From: Epiperipatus broadwayi
Taxonomy: Eukaryota; Animalia; Onychophora
Assembly (NCBI GenBank): GCA_028023455.1
Contig: JAQFVV010000005.1
Coordinates: 7,626,001-7,690,000 of the forward strand
Direction: 5' to 3'
Length of the DNA: 64,000 nt
This document shows positions 9,919-22,800 of this stretch, piece by piece (the first letter of the stretch is position 1; each line of letters begins with the position of its first letter). The position numbers and the translations under genes are program-made. A model generated the notes under the pieces. That model ran no database searches. It worked only from the letters and a program-made list of their open reading frames with translations, and was not told where the DNA came from.

Positions 9919-12900
9919 TTATAAAATTACTTTTTCAAAAAGTGGACAAATTGATGTTTTTAATATTTGTTTGCTGTAACACAGAAAAACGTCTGTGTTA
10001 GAAACAGAAACATTTATAACATAAGGTTCACTGATCAAAAGATCTTTTGATATCTCAACTACTTTGTCTAAATAAAAAAATTCATTGTGTAAGTTTTCTT
10101 TTGTAATATTTTGCAATAAATTGTGTGCTGGTATGAAGAAATGTGGTAAATTTCCATTACAAAGAGCATTTTTTATTTTTGCGATGCTTTTCTCTAAATA
10201 AACGTTTTTTATATTTTCACAAGTACATGGAGTTTCTTCAAAAGCCCACAAACAACAAGTTTTTATATAGTAGGACTTCAATATTTTACTTTTATATTTT
10301 AATTTTAGGTGGTTATATACTCTTTTCTGATCTTCTGACATGACTTCACATAATATTCTTTACAAGATTTGAATACCACCTGGTAGCCATTTGCAAATAT
10401 CTTTTGAACAATATCATTACTGGGCCAGTACCTTTTCCTTGAGATTCAATTGTTAGCCTCTGATGGCTAACCAGGAAAGCTTAAACAGGGCACTATTTCT
10501 ATTTTATGATTAGCAAGTTTGTCATTATCAACATGATTTTTATAATTAATCAGTAGCATTTGCCTAATTCTAGATAAAATGTCATATCTATTCTCTAAAT
10601 TAAAATCTGTCAGGCTGCAATTACTTTCATTAGCATGGGTGTCTTCATTGATGATGTAATCCACATTATCATCACCACCATTAGTAGGTTCATTTTTATT
10701 GTCATCTTTATTATTATCAGAATCACTATTTTTGTTATTTGTTGAGGATTTAATGGAATTTTGCTTTTGTGTTTCATAACTTATTGTAGTTCTGGTATCT
10801 TGTTGACTGGTATTATGTTTTTTATAGTTTATTATATAAGCTATTATTTTTTTAAACTGTATAATAGTACTTCTCAAATTACTATTGCCATGGATTTTAG
10901 TTCCATCTATTTGTTTCTTAATATTTGCGAATACCTTAGCACGTTTATAATATTTGATTTTAACATTCAAATAACTAAAAGTTCTTAAATTATCTAGTGA
11001 CATATGTAAATGCTTAATCCTTTTCCCTGTCTCATAATCATTACTGACATTTTGATTTCCATTTCCTCTCTTTTTTTCAATTTTAAATTCATCAGTTGAT
11101 TGTCCATATTTTTTATTACAATCGAAGTACAATCCCAGGATTATCACTTTCATGAAATCATTTCTTCTCAGAAAGTTAATGACTGTCTGGAGTTGATTCA
11201 TTTCATTCATTTCCTTTCTAAAAAATATATTTTCATTTGTATCAATTATCGTCTTTTTAAGACTTTTTATTATAAAATTACAAAATATTCTGAAATTAAA
11301 AACAGAGTCATTATGACTTCCATGTTGAGGGTCTACCCATGGCACAGTGAATTTATTTTCATAATTATTTTTTGAAAATGAAAATAATTATTTTCAAAAT
11401 TGAATTCTGAATTATAAAAGTCTTCTATTTCCTCATTCACAAAATTAATTACAGTTATAATTTTTTCATCCAATATTATTTTATTTTTAATAACATCTAC
11501 AATTTGTGGCATCCCACACAGAGCTATACTTGTTATAATACAAAAAAATATTTTGTCTGTTGTCTCTAAAATATGATTATGCATATAAGAATTTACAGTA
11601 TTAGAATTTGGATTCTGTGATGTTATAAATAATAATTTGTTAAGCAACTCTTTTTCACATGTATTCTGCTTTTATTTGTGTTATTGCTAGTTGTTGAATT
11701 TTCTTCTTTGGCTTTAACAATGGAGTCAGTGATAGATTGATTTGGATTAATGATACAACCACTTAATATTCCATTAACCATCTTTAAAAAAGTCTCGTTT
11801 GCAATATTTTGGTGTTTATCTATATTTAAGAACTTTTCAATTTCACTATAAATAGTACATTTTATTTTATGTACATCGTTACATACACAATTAATAATAA
11901 TATTAATATAATTGTTAATATATAATAAACATTATTTTAGTTTGAAGTGAAGTTACAAAACAATCTATCTTCAGTTGTGACTGGATAAACTTTTTATTTT
12001 CTAAACAATACTCAGCAATTACATTTTTGAGATGCGAGTTTATGTTATTTTGTAATCCAGAAATAGCTTCATCTTTTGTGTCCAAAATACTACTTTCATT
12101 TTTACAAATAATTTTGTCAAAACTTTGATCAAATAAATCCATTAAGGTTTTAGTGGCGCCATCAGTTAATATTTTCATTGTGTAGTCTTTAATGATATCA
12201 GAGTTGAATGTGGTCATTATGTGTTTAACAAATAATAAAAGATCATCATCAAAATTATCTGATGTTACAGGGTCTTTTGTTACATTTGAGGAACTGCCCC
12301 TTGGCATTTTTAAATGCTCATCTTGAAATTTTCCACTATTAACTTTACAGTCAGATGTTTTTTTTAATTTTCTACTTATCCTTTTACTGCTTTCTATAAT
12401 TATTTCTTTTATTATTAAATTAAGATTCCATATAGATTCATTGACATTTAGAATAAATTCTTTAATGTTCTGCATAAATTTGTCCAAAATGTTTTTTTTA
12501 GTAAATTTTAGTAAGGATTTTAAATCAGCCTTTTTTCTAAAAATAGTCATATATGCCACTGTACATATTATTGCATTATATTTTATTTCTGCCTTAAATT
12601 TGTTTACTAACTCATTTGAATAACATTCCAATAATCTTCTTTTCTTTTCCTTCCATACTTCTTGAATAATGCCTTTTATTTCATTATTCTTATGCATGTG
12701 TATTTTATTGAATATGGCAGCAGAAATTAAATCAGCATCCAAAGGAAATAATCCTTCAACAGTTATTTGGCTTATAACGTTTAATAGTTCATTAAATATA
12801 TCTACAATCCGTTTTTTAAAATGATTATCTATTTTAAACCCAGTACATTTATTAACATTTTTATTGGACAAACTTTTCTAAGGTCTTCTCACATTACTTT

Positions 12901-13730
12901 ACATAGATTTTCAACATGGCCAAGATTAGAAATATATGACATAGGGCAGTTCTCCAACTTCAATATGGATTGTTCTAATTTAATCAAAAATGTAACCAAT
13001 TCATCTGACATGACAACATAATTTCCAGAGATTTCTTTAAGTAAATGCTTTATTGCAGTCTTAATATCAGAATAAGATTCCAATCTGAGAAAAACATTCA
13101 TTAAATGTTTTAAATATACAGTTTGTGCATAATGAAAGGAGTTGAAGAACTCCACCCTATAACAGGATAGATCATCCATTTCTGCTTTCACCAAAAGATG
13201 TGGTGAGGAAGAAGTTATTTCCTGTTTTATTTTGGTAGTCAATGTTTGTCAAAGTTCTTTAATATCTAATTCAGCTTCTGCTTCATTTGTGTATTTTATA
13301 AAACTGCATGGCTCATTTGGAGTAACTGGTGTTCCTTTAATCTTAACATATGCAGGATGGTCAGGGTTACTCTCAAAACTTTCTACATGAAAAAACTTCT
13401 CTATTTTTTTGTTAAGTGAATGTGAAAAATCTACATCAGATTTGTTCAATCCAAATAAAACAGATCCATCAGCACAACTTCCTTGAAGGTAAAACTTTTT
13501 AGTATTCAACCAATCATGATCAAATTTATCAGGAGAAAACATCTTGCTGTATATCTTTTATATAAAAAGGAAATACTATTATGATAACTTAGATGACTCT
13601 CTTAATCCAAATGATTTTGTACAGACAAATAATGTTACAGTAAAAAATCAGAAATAATATATTACTATTACGAATGATTCATTTTAAAGATTTCCGTGTA
13701 ATTTTACTGCCGACATCTTGTTCAGAAGGC
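9919..13730 (-). pseudogene. Mab-21/cGAS-like (cGLR) nucleotidyltransferase pseudogene M1 with ~900-codon internal insertion
   Basis: NTase motif QGS (13485-13477) and SDVDF (13437-13429), then HPAYVKI and SPHL. After the insert come EIVPCL-F-G(W)P, RKRYWP, GYQVVFK, SYYIKTCCLW and LPHFFIPAHNLL, which are Mab-21 family motifs. It has in-frame stops (CGA>TGA at 13249, TGG>TAG/TGA near 10450-10470), frameshifts, and loss of the FSAAE segment. Confidence 0.85.
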
Positions 13731-14399
13731 ATTAAACAGAGGCAAATCACAATCAGCGAGGATTTCTTGTATTCCTTGTAGTATCCTGTTACGTTTTCCC
13801 CCTCAGAATTAAAAAAACAATTTACAGAGTTTTATAAAAAAAAATATATAATAAAATATTAACTTTCTTCTACATCGCACTTTCTTTAATTCACATAAAC
13901 ATAGATAATCTTGTTATCTAAAAGAGAAAACTTAATTAGATCATTACATATATAAAGTTCATTTATTTTATTTAAGTTTTGTAAAAACTCAAAACTATTT
14001 TAACCAATGTATTTTTTTTGTAACTATTTAAATTCTAATCAAATAAATTATAATTTCAAAAAAAAACAAATTATTATTGTAAAAACAAAAATTTGTTTTA
14101 AGAAAATTAAATAATTATTTAAGTACGTTAAAGAAGTTGGCAAAAATGTAATATACCTATGTAATAGCATGTGATCATCATCAGTAAAGGATTATTTGCC
14201 ATTCTTAAATTCAACTTATTACATTAAATACAATTTAAATTTACATTCAACAACTTTTGTTTTGCTGGGGAGATATAATCTTTCTAACGCTTCCCAGTAA
14301 TGAAAGGTAGACACTTTTTTGTAGGACAGTGACCTCTAGTGTCTATTTACCGATTTATAATAAAATGTAATTGTAGCAATTGATATAAATTAAGTTATC

Positions 14400-14950
14400 C
14401 AAATATTGAGAAAAATTATAAAAAGGATTGATCAATATAAATTATCATTATGCTTTGGATTTTGTAGATTAGAAATGGCATTTGATTCTATAAAGATTTT
14501 CATAGTGATTAGAGGATTGGATCATCAAGATATAGACCCAGAATATTGTCATTATTCTGAAAATTATGCAAGAACAATAATTAGATTACATAGTAAGAGT
14601 AAATAATTTAATATTGAGACTTAATTCATTTGCATATATTAAGTCTAAGGTAAAGAATACCATAGTTTTCAATATGGTTATGATTATGAGGCATGGATCC
14701 TCGAAAGCAGTCAGCCTTAACTGAGTAATTAATATTTTCGTTTTTATAGCTTCTGCAACTTGCGTATTGCATGCGCTTTGTACATTATTGATAAAGATAT
14801 AAATAGGGTAATGCTATATCTCCAAATCATTTTACAGCAATATTATTAATAATATTTTGCGAATTAAAATAGAAATCTAAGATAATAAAAATAAATGGAC
14901 AATTTTTAAGCCATGTAGATTTTTCAGATGAAGTGGTCATTTTTGCAAAT
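14400..14950 (+). mobile_element. RTE-clade LINE reverse transcriptase fragment
   Basis: LEMAFDSIK...IRLH (the EKAFDS motif), followed by GNAISPNHFTA...INGQFLSHVDFSDEVVIFAN (degenerate GD-ISP-LF and LRFADD). Confidence 0.75.
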
Positions 14951-15161
14951 AATGTTTCAGGGAAAGGGAATAAATAAGTGAAAGGAATATTTGCTGATTT
15001 TATTCAGAAAAAAAAGATAAAGATGTATAGTCACGAATTAAAATATTTTAACAATTACAATTATTTTAATCAGATTATTAATACAGATGGAAAAATAATG
15101 CATACAATTAATCATATAATTGATCTTACAGGGCATTCTTTTTGAAAAGAAATTTAATATC

Positions 15162-15901
15162 TGTGGTATTTTGTAAAAAATGCATAAAAGTTTATGCATT
15201 CCAGAAAAACTAGTATTTATTCGAGAGGTTGTTTTTAGTTCGTGCACTGATATCTGAGGAATTTAATTAAGGCATAATAATGGCGAATGATAATTCCAAG
15301 AAATATTTGCTGATTGCAAATATTTCTAGATAAGAGACCTTACCTTATTGGACAACGTAATTAATTGCTGCAGTTATCAGAAAGCTATAAAAGACTGTGC
15401 AACAACTACCGAGGCCAGTTATTTGAGTACAATTCCAGTAGAGATATCGCGCATCAGTGCTTGCGGTTAATGACCAGCGCCCAGTGGAAATGTAGACCAT
15501 GGGTGTAGCTGAAAGAGCCCACAGAGATGGGGAGACCGCAGCGGAGATATGAGAGCATCCGTTGCAAGAAAACAGTGAATTACCATCGTTGAGAAAGAAG
15601 AGATCAACATAGTGAATACAGAGTGTATTCAGTGAATTTGAGCAGAGCATCCATTGCAAGAGAACAGCATGGGAATTGAGAAATACCCTCGTTGAGAAAG
15701 AAGAGTTCAACATCGTGAATACAGAGTGTATTCAGTGAATTCGAGCAGAGCATCCGTTGCAAGAGATCAGTGTGGGAATTGAACATTAGCGAACTGTAGA
15801 GTGTTGCAGACTATTCACTATTCAGACTACGTAAAATATTGTGAGTCTTTCATTGTATATATTTATTTGCTGACTGCACAGTCATACTTGCGGATATAAC
15901 A
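15162..15901 (+). mobile_element. Candidate solo LTR D with internal ~92-103-bp tandem repeat
   Basis: GC-richer block that interrupts the RTE remnant. It runs from TGTGG (15162) to ATAACA (15901) with ATATC on both flanks. TATAAAA at 15386. Repeat units start gagcatcc at 15553, 15645 and 15748. The left boundary is uncertain. Confidence 0.5.
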
Positions 15902-16330
15902 ATATCAAAAAGAAATATGTATATGTGTTTGAAAAGAAAGATTTTAATAAACGTATTTTATCAGTTCTTACTTATTGAACTGAAACTTGGACACTTAACA
16001 GAAGAAAGATATAGAGACTTTAAGAAAGCTCAATAAAATATAAAAAGATTAGATGTTAGAAGCAACAAGATGTAATTAAAAATGAAATAAATGGATGAAG
16101 GAATAACTGATTTAATTGGCATTATTGAAAGAAATAAAATATTGAAATGGGATTGGGTTAAAGTAATCACCACAAGAGATGATAATAGATGGCCCTTTGA
16201 AATTTCAATTTGGATTCCAATAGATTCCTAAAAACTTAGAAAAAGCTATATGTGAGGTAGGTGGATGAAATAAAGATGTTTGCTGGTTTGATGTGGAAAA
16301 ACAGACTATGAGTTAATTAAACTGGATTAA
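15902..16330 (+). mobile_element. RTE-clade LINE 3' fragment
   Basis: ILSVLTY*TETWTL, and WDWVKVITTRDDNRWPFEISIWIP...RWVDEIKMFAGLMW. Similar to 54060-54430. Confidence 0.75.
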
Positions 16331-16519
16331 ACTTTCAAAGATCTTTATTAAGATGTTTGTCATTGAAAATGATAATAATTCTAATATCCTATCATTTTAG
16401 AACTAAACATAATTAAGTTTTTATGTAATATGAATATAAATTTATTAATTCATCAGACTTTTTGCTGTATCATTACAGTGATGGTCATTGAATATTTTCA
16501 TATTTAAAAATTACATTTA

Positions 16520-16810
16520 ATACATTATGGTTTCTCTGTGATTATATTGTATGAAAACTTCCATTACAAATCTTTCCAGACAAAGAACATTATGAGTTTT
16601 ATTATGACAGTTATAATATCTATAAAGCATCTATGAATGATTTTTAAATAAATCCCTTCAAGTTCAATTTGCTGATTTTTATTTCACTTCTCTGCAGAAA
16701 AATAAATACAATAGATTAGCTACATGAGATTTATTCAAAATAAAACTTCATAATCCTTTACTTCAAGACTTTGATTTGCAATTAAACACCTTTGAAATGA
16801 TTTACCTGAA
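16520..16810 (-). pseudogene. Highly diverged Mab-21-like C-terminal remnant M2 (decayed ORF-like sequence may extend to ~19500)
   Basis: Minus-strand reading DYEVLF*...IYFSAEK*...IYLKII...IIKT, collinear with GYQVVFK...FSAAEK...VYNHLK...YIKT of M4. Nucleotide match gtatgaa...ttccattacaaa to 10130-10162. Confidence 0.4.
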
Positions 16811-19799
16811 ATTTTTCCTTTGTTAATATGAACTAAGATTTCTGCTCATTAATTTCTCTGATCTATGATGAAAATTATTTCTACTTCACAAACTTTATGA
16901 TAGCAGTAGAGATAAGAAATGTACATGCATTATGACAGTTGATATTAGATAACAAATAGATTCTACAAATAGATTGATTGTGATGATTCTAATTAGTAGA
17001 TGTTGATAGCTGAGGATGATAGAACAACTTGTTGACAAAGATCTGAATGTGTTTCAAATAAGAAAGCAATTACAGCGTTTAATATTTTATACGTCTTATA
17101 ATTACAATTGTATTTATTTTTAAAACAGACTACTGTTACTAAAATTTAATGAATACTTGAAGTTTCAGTATGGTGAAGTATATTAGCAACTGCTTGATAG
17201 GAGTCAAATATTTGACAGCAGCTTTATTGAAAACAGTTTTATTAATGGATTATTTTAACACAATTATGATACTATTGTCTAAAAGAATTTCAGGAAATAT
17301 TAGTATAGTATGGATAATTTTTATTTGTTTAACTTAGGAGAATTCAAACAAAAATTAATGAATAAATTAATTGATAGTTAAAACATTTTTTATCTCACAA
17401 AATGTTACTGAAATAAAAAACACCTAGAATTGTCAGAATCATGGTATGTTTTGCGTTTATCCACAGACAGTCAAATATATTCCATACGTAGATTATAAAG
17501 AGAGAATTTTCTATTGATCTGTCCTAAAATAGTTCAAAATAACTTCAACTGGTAGCAGATATAAAAACTTAAACTGTAATTTGATTCTTCACCAATCACT
17601 GCTTAGCTTCACATTTTAATTAGGAAGTTTTACAGTAATATCTATAAATATTCTCTGAGTGGTTGTGTTAGTCATAAAAATAGGTTAAGAAAAAGCAAAA
17701 TAGTTTGGGATCAATTCTCACTCATAAAAAATATAACCATAGATAATTTGCGATAAACTTTACACATATTTATGCTCAAATATTAACTGACTTCATGACC
17801 ATGGTATTTCTGGAAATATTAGTGATGGTAAAATGAGAGTTCCTAAATCATTGAATAATAAGAACATTAATGAACACAACAGAGTAATTTTAGTAAACTG
17901 TATTTAATTTTTTCCTTTATAATTTGTTTTCAAGTATCATTATCTTTTTTTTGTATTATTTTCTTTGAGAATGAAAATCTTTGGACAATAAATGAATTAT
18001 TTTGCTTTGTGATTTCTATTCTTGAACTCACTCTAGCAAACTTTTTAACCAAGAATCTCCTATGTTGTGTCTTTCAACATCTGCACAACATTTAGTATGC
18101 TATTTCAAAATTTTAATCCAAATTATTTTCATTTACAGTCTAATAAGGCATATTCCTTTGTTTCCATAATGTTGAAAATAAGTCATTCACCACTATAAAG
18201 ATGTTTAGAGATCAGCCAAACAGAAAATCTTAAACACATCTCAAATTTATTTAAGTGGTTACATGATTTTACTATTTAATCAATGCTATTTAAGAAGCTC
18301 TAGATAGTTTATAACATATATCCATTAGATATATATTTGTGATGTTTAGTAGCAAAGTCTTTATCATCTTTTATTATTATAATCACTTCTAATATTCAGT
18401 GGATTTAATAAATTTTTATTCATATTTCTCATTGATGCTTATAATTTCACTTTTATGTTAACTGATTTCATTAGTTTTACAATTTTCAATATTTTTTTAA
18501 TATTTTCCTTTCTACATATCCTAAATACTTATGACCAAAAGATTTTTAATAAGTAAAAAAGTAAATAGTAATAAGATATTTATACTTATTATTGGAAACT
18601 ATTTTTTGAAAGCCTGTTTATTTGAGATCTCACCTTCAGTGTTTTATTAGTTTGGCAATACTCTTTTTAAATTTTACAGTATCATATTCTCTCATTAAGA
18701 TATCTATTTCATCTAGTTTTTAAATTTATAATACACTATGTAAACTTCTAATTTCTTTCTCATATGTTTCAGTTTTATTCTCTATTTCATTGGTATCATT
18801 GAAATGGGTCTTTTTTATTTTTACATTATTAATATAAATATCCATAATTAATGTTTTTCGTAATTGGTTCTTTAGAATTATATATTTAGTTACATCATTT
18901 AATGTGTTCTCAAATCTTTTCATTATAAAGTTACATAGATTTGAAATTCGAAACAGTATCTTCTCATTCAATTTCAAGGAGATATTTTAAAAATAAAAAT
19001 GACCGTTTTGAAAATTAATTTTTCAAGAAAGTTGAGTTATAAAAATCTTCTATTTCCACATTTGTAAAATGTATTACAACTACTTTCATTATAACTTTTT
19101 TTAACAATGTGTTTGTTTTCTATATTTCACTTAAAGTTTTATTAAATCAAAAATATTTTTGGCAGCTTCTTAAAAACAAACATATAAAATACCTGTTCAA
19201 TTTCAAATAGGAATGATTCTTGATTGTAGATGATATCATACAATTGTTTTTCATGATCAGCTAATTTCCTTTAATTTGTTTTTATTTATTAACTATATTA
19301 CTATTAATCGAGTCTTATTTATGTTAATATTTTTAAAAGAAGTAATTCTGTTTGATATTCAAACTACTTACTGTTCCATTAATTTGCTTTAAACAAATTG
19401 TGTTGTTTATCAAGTTTTAAAATGTTTTTTTGTCTGTTACTCTTTCTCTATTGTTCTGTATGAATTTTCTAATAATTTGTTTGTCTTAAAATATCTATGC
19501 TACTCCAGATCTTATAATAATAAGATGAAATCTTAAAAATGAATTCGAAAATCGATTATTAGCCACAGCAAGACGTTTCAGCTTCTCAATTTTAGCCTAA
19601 ATAATAGCGTGACAGTTTTCACATATCTGTGTTAAAAGCAGGTCATTGAATTGCAAAATGTTTTTGTATTATTTCGTAATTGATATAAATGAAAAAAATT
19701 ATTACTTTGTAAAGCAATGAACATTGTTAAACACATCGTCATGTTCAAGAATCACGTGACTTCATGAATATGTTATAAACAAACAAGTTTGTGACAATA

Positions 19800-20010
19800 A
19801 GCCAATAAACATCACATGACCACCACTTCTTATGATTGTGTATAACTGTTATTAAAACAGGCAAAACTCTCTACATATTGCCACTCAATGCAAGCCAGAG
19901 TAATAAATGGATGTCAGAAGGCTTGTGCATAAAATCCCTATCTAGTGCCTATTCATCCAATATCCCCAGAATAGTTTCTGGCTTGTGGCCTTCATCAGTG
20001 AGGAGGCAAC
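19800..20010 (-). repeat. Hammerhead-bearing repeat copy; hammerhead-like core at 19963-20005
   Basis: Minus strand CTCCTCA-CTGATGA-aGGCcacaaGCCa-GAAA-ctattC-TGGGGA. Stems I and II pair; stem III carries a G>T change relative to the ACTAGT of the other copies. Confidence 0.7.
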
Positions 20011-20049
20011 CAACATATACTCTATTATTTTTATTAGATTTGAATACTA

Positions 20050-20750
20050 TTTGAGGCAATTTTTGAATAATATTATGATTGGACCAATATCTTTCTCATG
20101 AATTTCAATTATTAGCCTCTGGTGGTCAGCCTGAAAAATTTAAGCAGGAAACTATTTCTATTTTATGATTAAATGATTTGATAATTAGTTAATAGTATTA
20201 TTATGCTATATCAATTCTTTGCATTGATATTCATCATGCTAAAATTATTTTCAATGGTAAAGGCAACTCCATTGTTGATGTAATTATCATCATCAGAAGA
20301 CTTTTTTTATTTTCATCACAATTCTTTTATTTCTTGTGGAGAGTTTAATAGAATATTACTTCCATGTTTCATATCTCATTGTATCTTTGGTATCTTGTTG
20401 ACTACTAATATATATTTTATTGTTTTCAATTCTAACATTCAGTTGCTTAATTATTGCACCAGTACTTTTCAAATAATTATTGTCATTAGATACATATTTA
20501 TGAAAAATGTCAAATGCATTACAACATGTTTCCTAAGATTTTCAAAAACGCTCCTTGTAAAAATTTTCTTTATTAGTATTTTCTTGCATTGTCAATATTT
20601 TCATAATGATTTTCTGCATCATTGCTATACCTCATAAATAACCAAATATTCCACACAATTTATTTCCAGATTGATATATTTTGTCCTTTTCTCATAAGTT
20701 TCACTGCTCTTGTCTGCTTTATAAAAATTATTTAACTGTGTTTTGTTTTT
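20050..20750 (-). pseudogene. Mab-21/cGLR pseudogene fragment M3, truncated by an L1 insertion and a repeat insertion
   Basis: NHKIEIVSCLNFSG*PPEANN*NS*ERYWSNHNIIQK, plus DAENHYENI matching DVAGNHYENV of M4. Confidence 0.8.
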
Positions 20751-20789
20751 TAATACTAATGGTTTTTTTTGAGAAGTATAACTTTTATT

Positions 20790-22800
20790 TATTCTAATAG
20801 TTACATATTATTTAAAGATCATTACAACAAGTTTGCATTACAGAAAATCTAATTTTATTGACTTTACCTTTCCTGTTGAGTGAGGCATTATGAATCAACT
20901 GGCATCAGGCAATGTAAATAATGACTGTGTTTCCTCAAACATTGTTGATTGTGCGATTGATTTATCTTTATCTTTAGTTTTTTTAATTATATTTATTAAT
21001 AATTGTGTTGAATTATTAGCTGGCTGGTCAAATAATAATTGCATCTTATTTTCCACATCAAGAAGAATAGGAATGTTGATAACCTAATCAGTCGAAAATA
21101 TCCCTTCTTAATCGCATTTTCAAGAGAAAGAATCTTATGATAGTCTGTCTTCACATAGATATTTATTGTTCTTCTGTGACAGTCCAGTGTCTCACATTGA
21201 AATATGATATGTTCCATGGTTTCTTCCATTTTTGTGCACAGTTGGCAAATGGGATCAACATTTTTGAAACCTCTTTCATATGCTAGAAAAGTATTTGTTG
21301 GCAATGCATGTAGGTTCACTTTCAAGATAAAATCCAATTATTTTGTTTCAAGGTCCCAGTATCTAAATTTAGAGATGATTAGTTTATTTATATGAAGTAC
21401 ACCAGGAGTAACACTGCAATCTACATTGGTAAGTCTGAAGGCTTCCCAATAAAATATTTTATTATCAAAGGTATTTATTGTTATCTTTGTGTATTTTGTT
21501 ACATAATTGCACATTTTAGTAAACCATAAAATCCAGCTGGGTGAAGGATGGTGTGTGAGGTTTACAGGAATTTCACATTCTATATTGGGGAATCTATTAT
21601 TAAGTTTCTGTATGGCATTGAATGATCTTTGAAAGAGAAGTGTCAAAATGTGAGTGCGAAGCCAATCCATTCAGATTTCTAGGTTTTTGCATTTTCCTTA
21701 AGCTGATTGATCGCTACTGTTTTTCTTCTCCACAATAGCTTTGAGCAAAGCGAGTTCATTTTCTGTTCGAATCATTTTATAGGGTTAATCACAGTAATAT
21801 AATAATTAATCCTGGGAAAGATTAACATGTTTAAAAGCAAAACTTTCCCATATAGTGACAAACATAGTCTGGGGAGAGAGACAGTAATCTTTTGTGTTTT
21901 GGCCAATATTGATTCTTCGATTTCCTTTCTCATTTCAGAAGGAGATTTAGCAATTGCAAAACCCAGAAATGTCTGAGGTCCTTCTATGAATCCCAAAGAG
22001 ACCTTCCTGCCAGAGTTTAGTTTCCACACTGCTGATTTACTTATGTTAAAAGTTAAACCAAACTCTTTTGTGTACTTTTTTAGTATCCTCTGTAATTTTG
22101 GGATAAATTTCTGGGAATGCAGAAAAACCACTATGTCATCCATATATGACAAGTGGTTTATTTGTTTGTTTAGTAATGGCAAAAAATACCTGGGAGATTA
22201 CCCTCAATCTCTAACAGTAGTGGATTTATATATGCTATAAACAAAATCACACTTAGTGGTGATCCCTGGGGGATTGATTGGTAGGGCATGATACTCTTCC
22301 ATTTAGAGTCACAAAAATTTCTCTGTTATTTAATAAATTATCAATCATTCTAATGAACACTTCTGGTACAGACTATTCCCATAGGATTTCCAAAAAGATT
22401 TTCAGCCAAACAAAATGGAAAGTGGCCGCAATATCCAATTGGATTGCAATTGGACTCGATTTCCTACCTTCCCTTATAATGTTCTTATTCCTTCTGTTTT
22501 CCCTACAATTCAACAATTAATTGTTCATATTTTTTAATACTATCTAAGCACTGTTTTAGCATTATCAATTGTGTGAAGTCATTTCTTGCCAGAAAGTTTA
22601 TTAATATATGAAATTGGTTCTTTTTTCATTTATTTGCATTTTAAAAAATATATTTCATTCACTTCATTTAATATTTTTTAGTCTCATTCTAAAATTAAAA
22701 ATTGGCTTGTTATGATGTTGAAAGGTTGGCCATGTTAAAATTAATTCATCTTCATAATTATTCAAACTTTAAATTAAATATATATCAATGTATATGCAAA
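20790..22800 (-). mobile_element. L1/Tx1-like LINE remnant (RT plus C-terminal CCHC knuckle)
   Basis: PIAIQLDIAATF, QSPRGSPLSVILF, HLSYMDDIVVF, FGLTFNISKS, GKVLLLNMLIFPRINY and CQLC...MEHIIFQC, spread across frameshifted ORFs. Confidence 0.85.
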
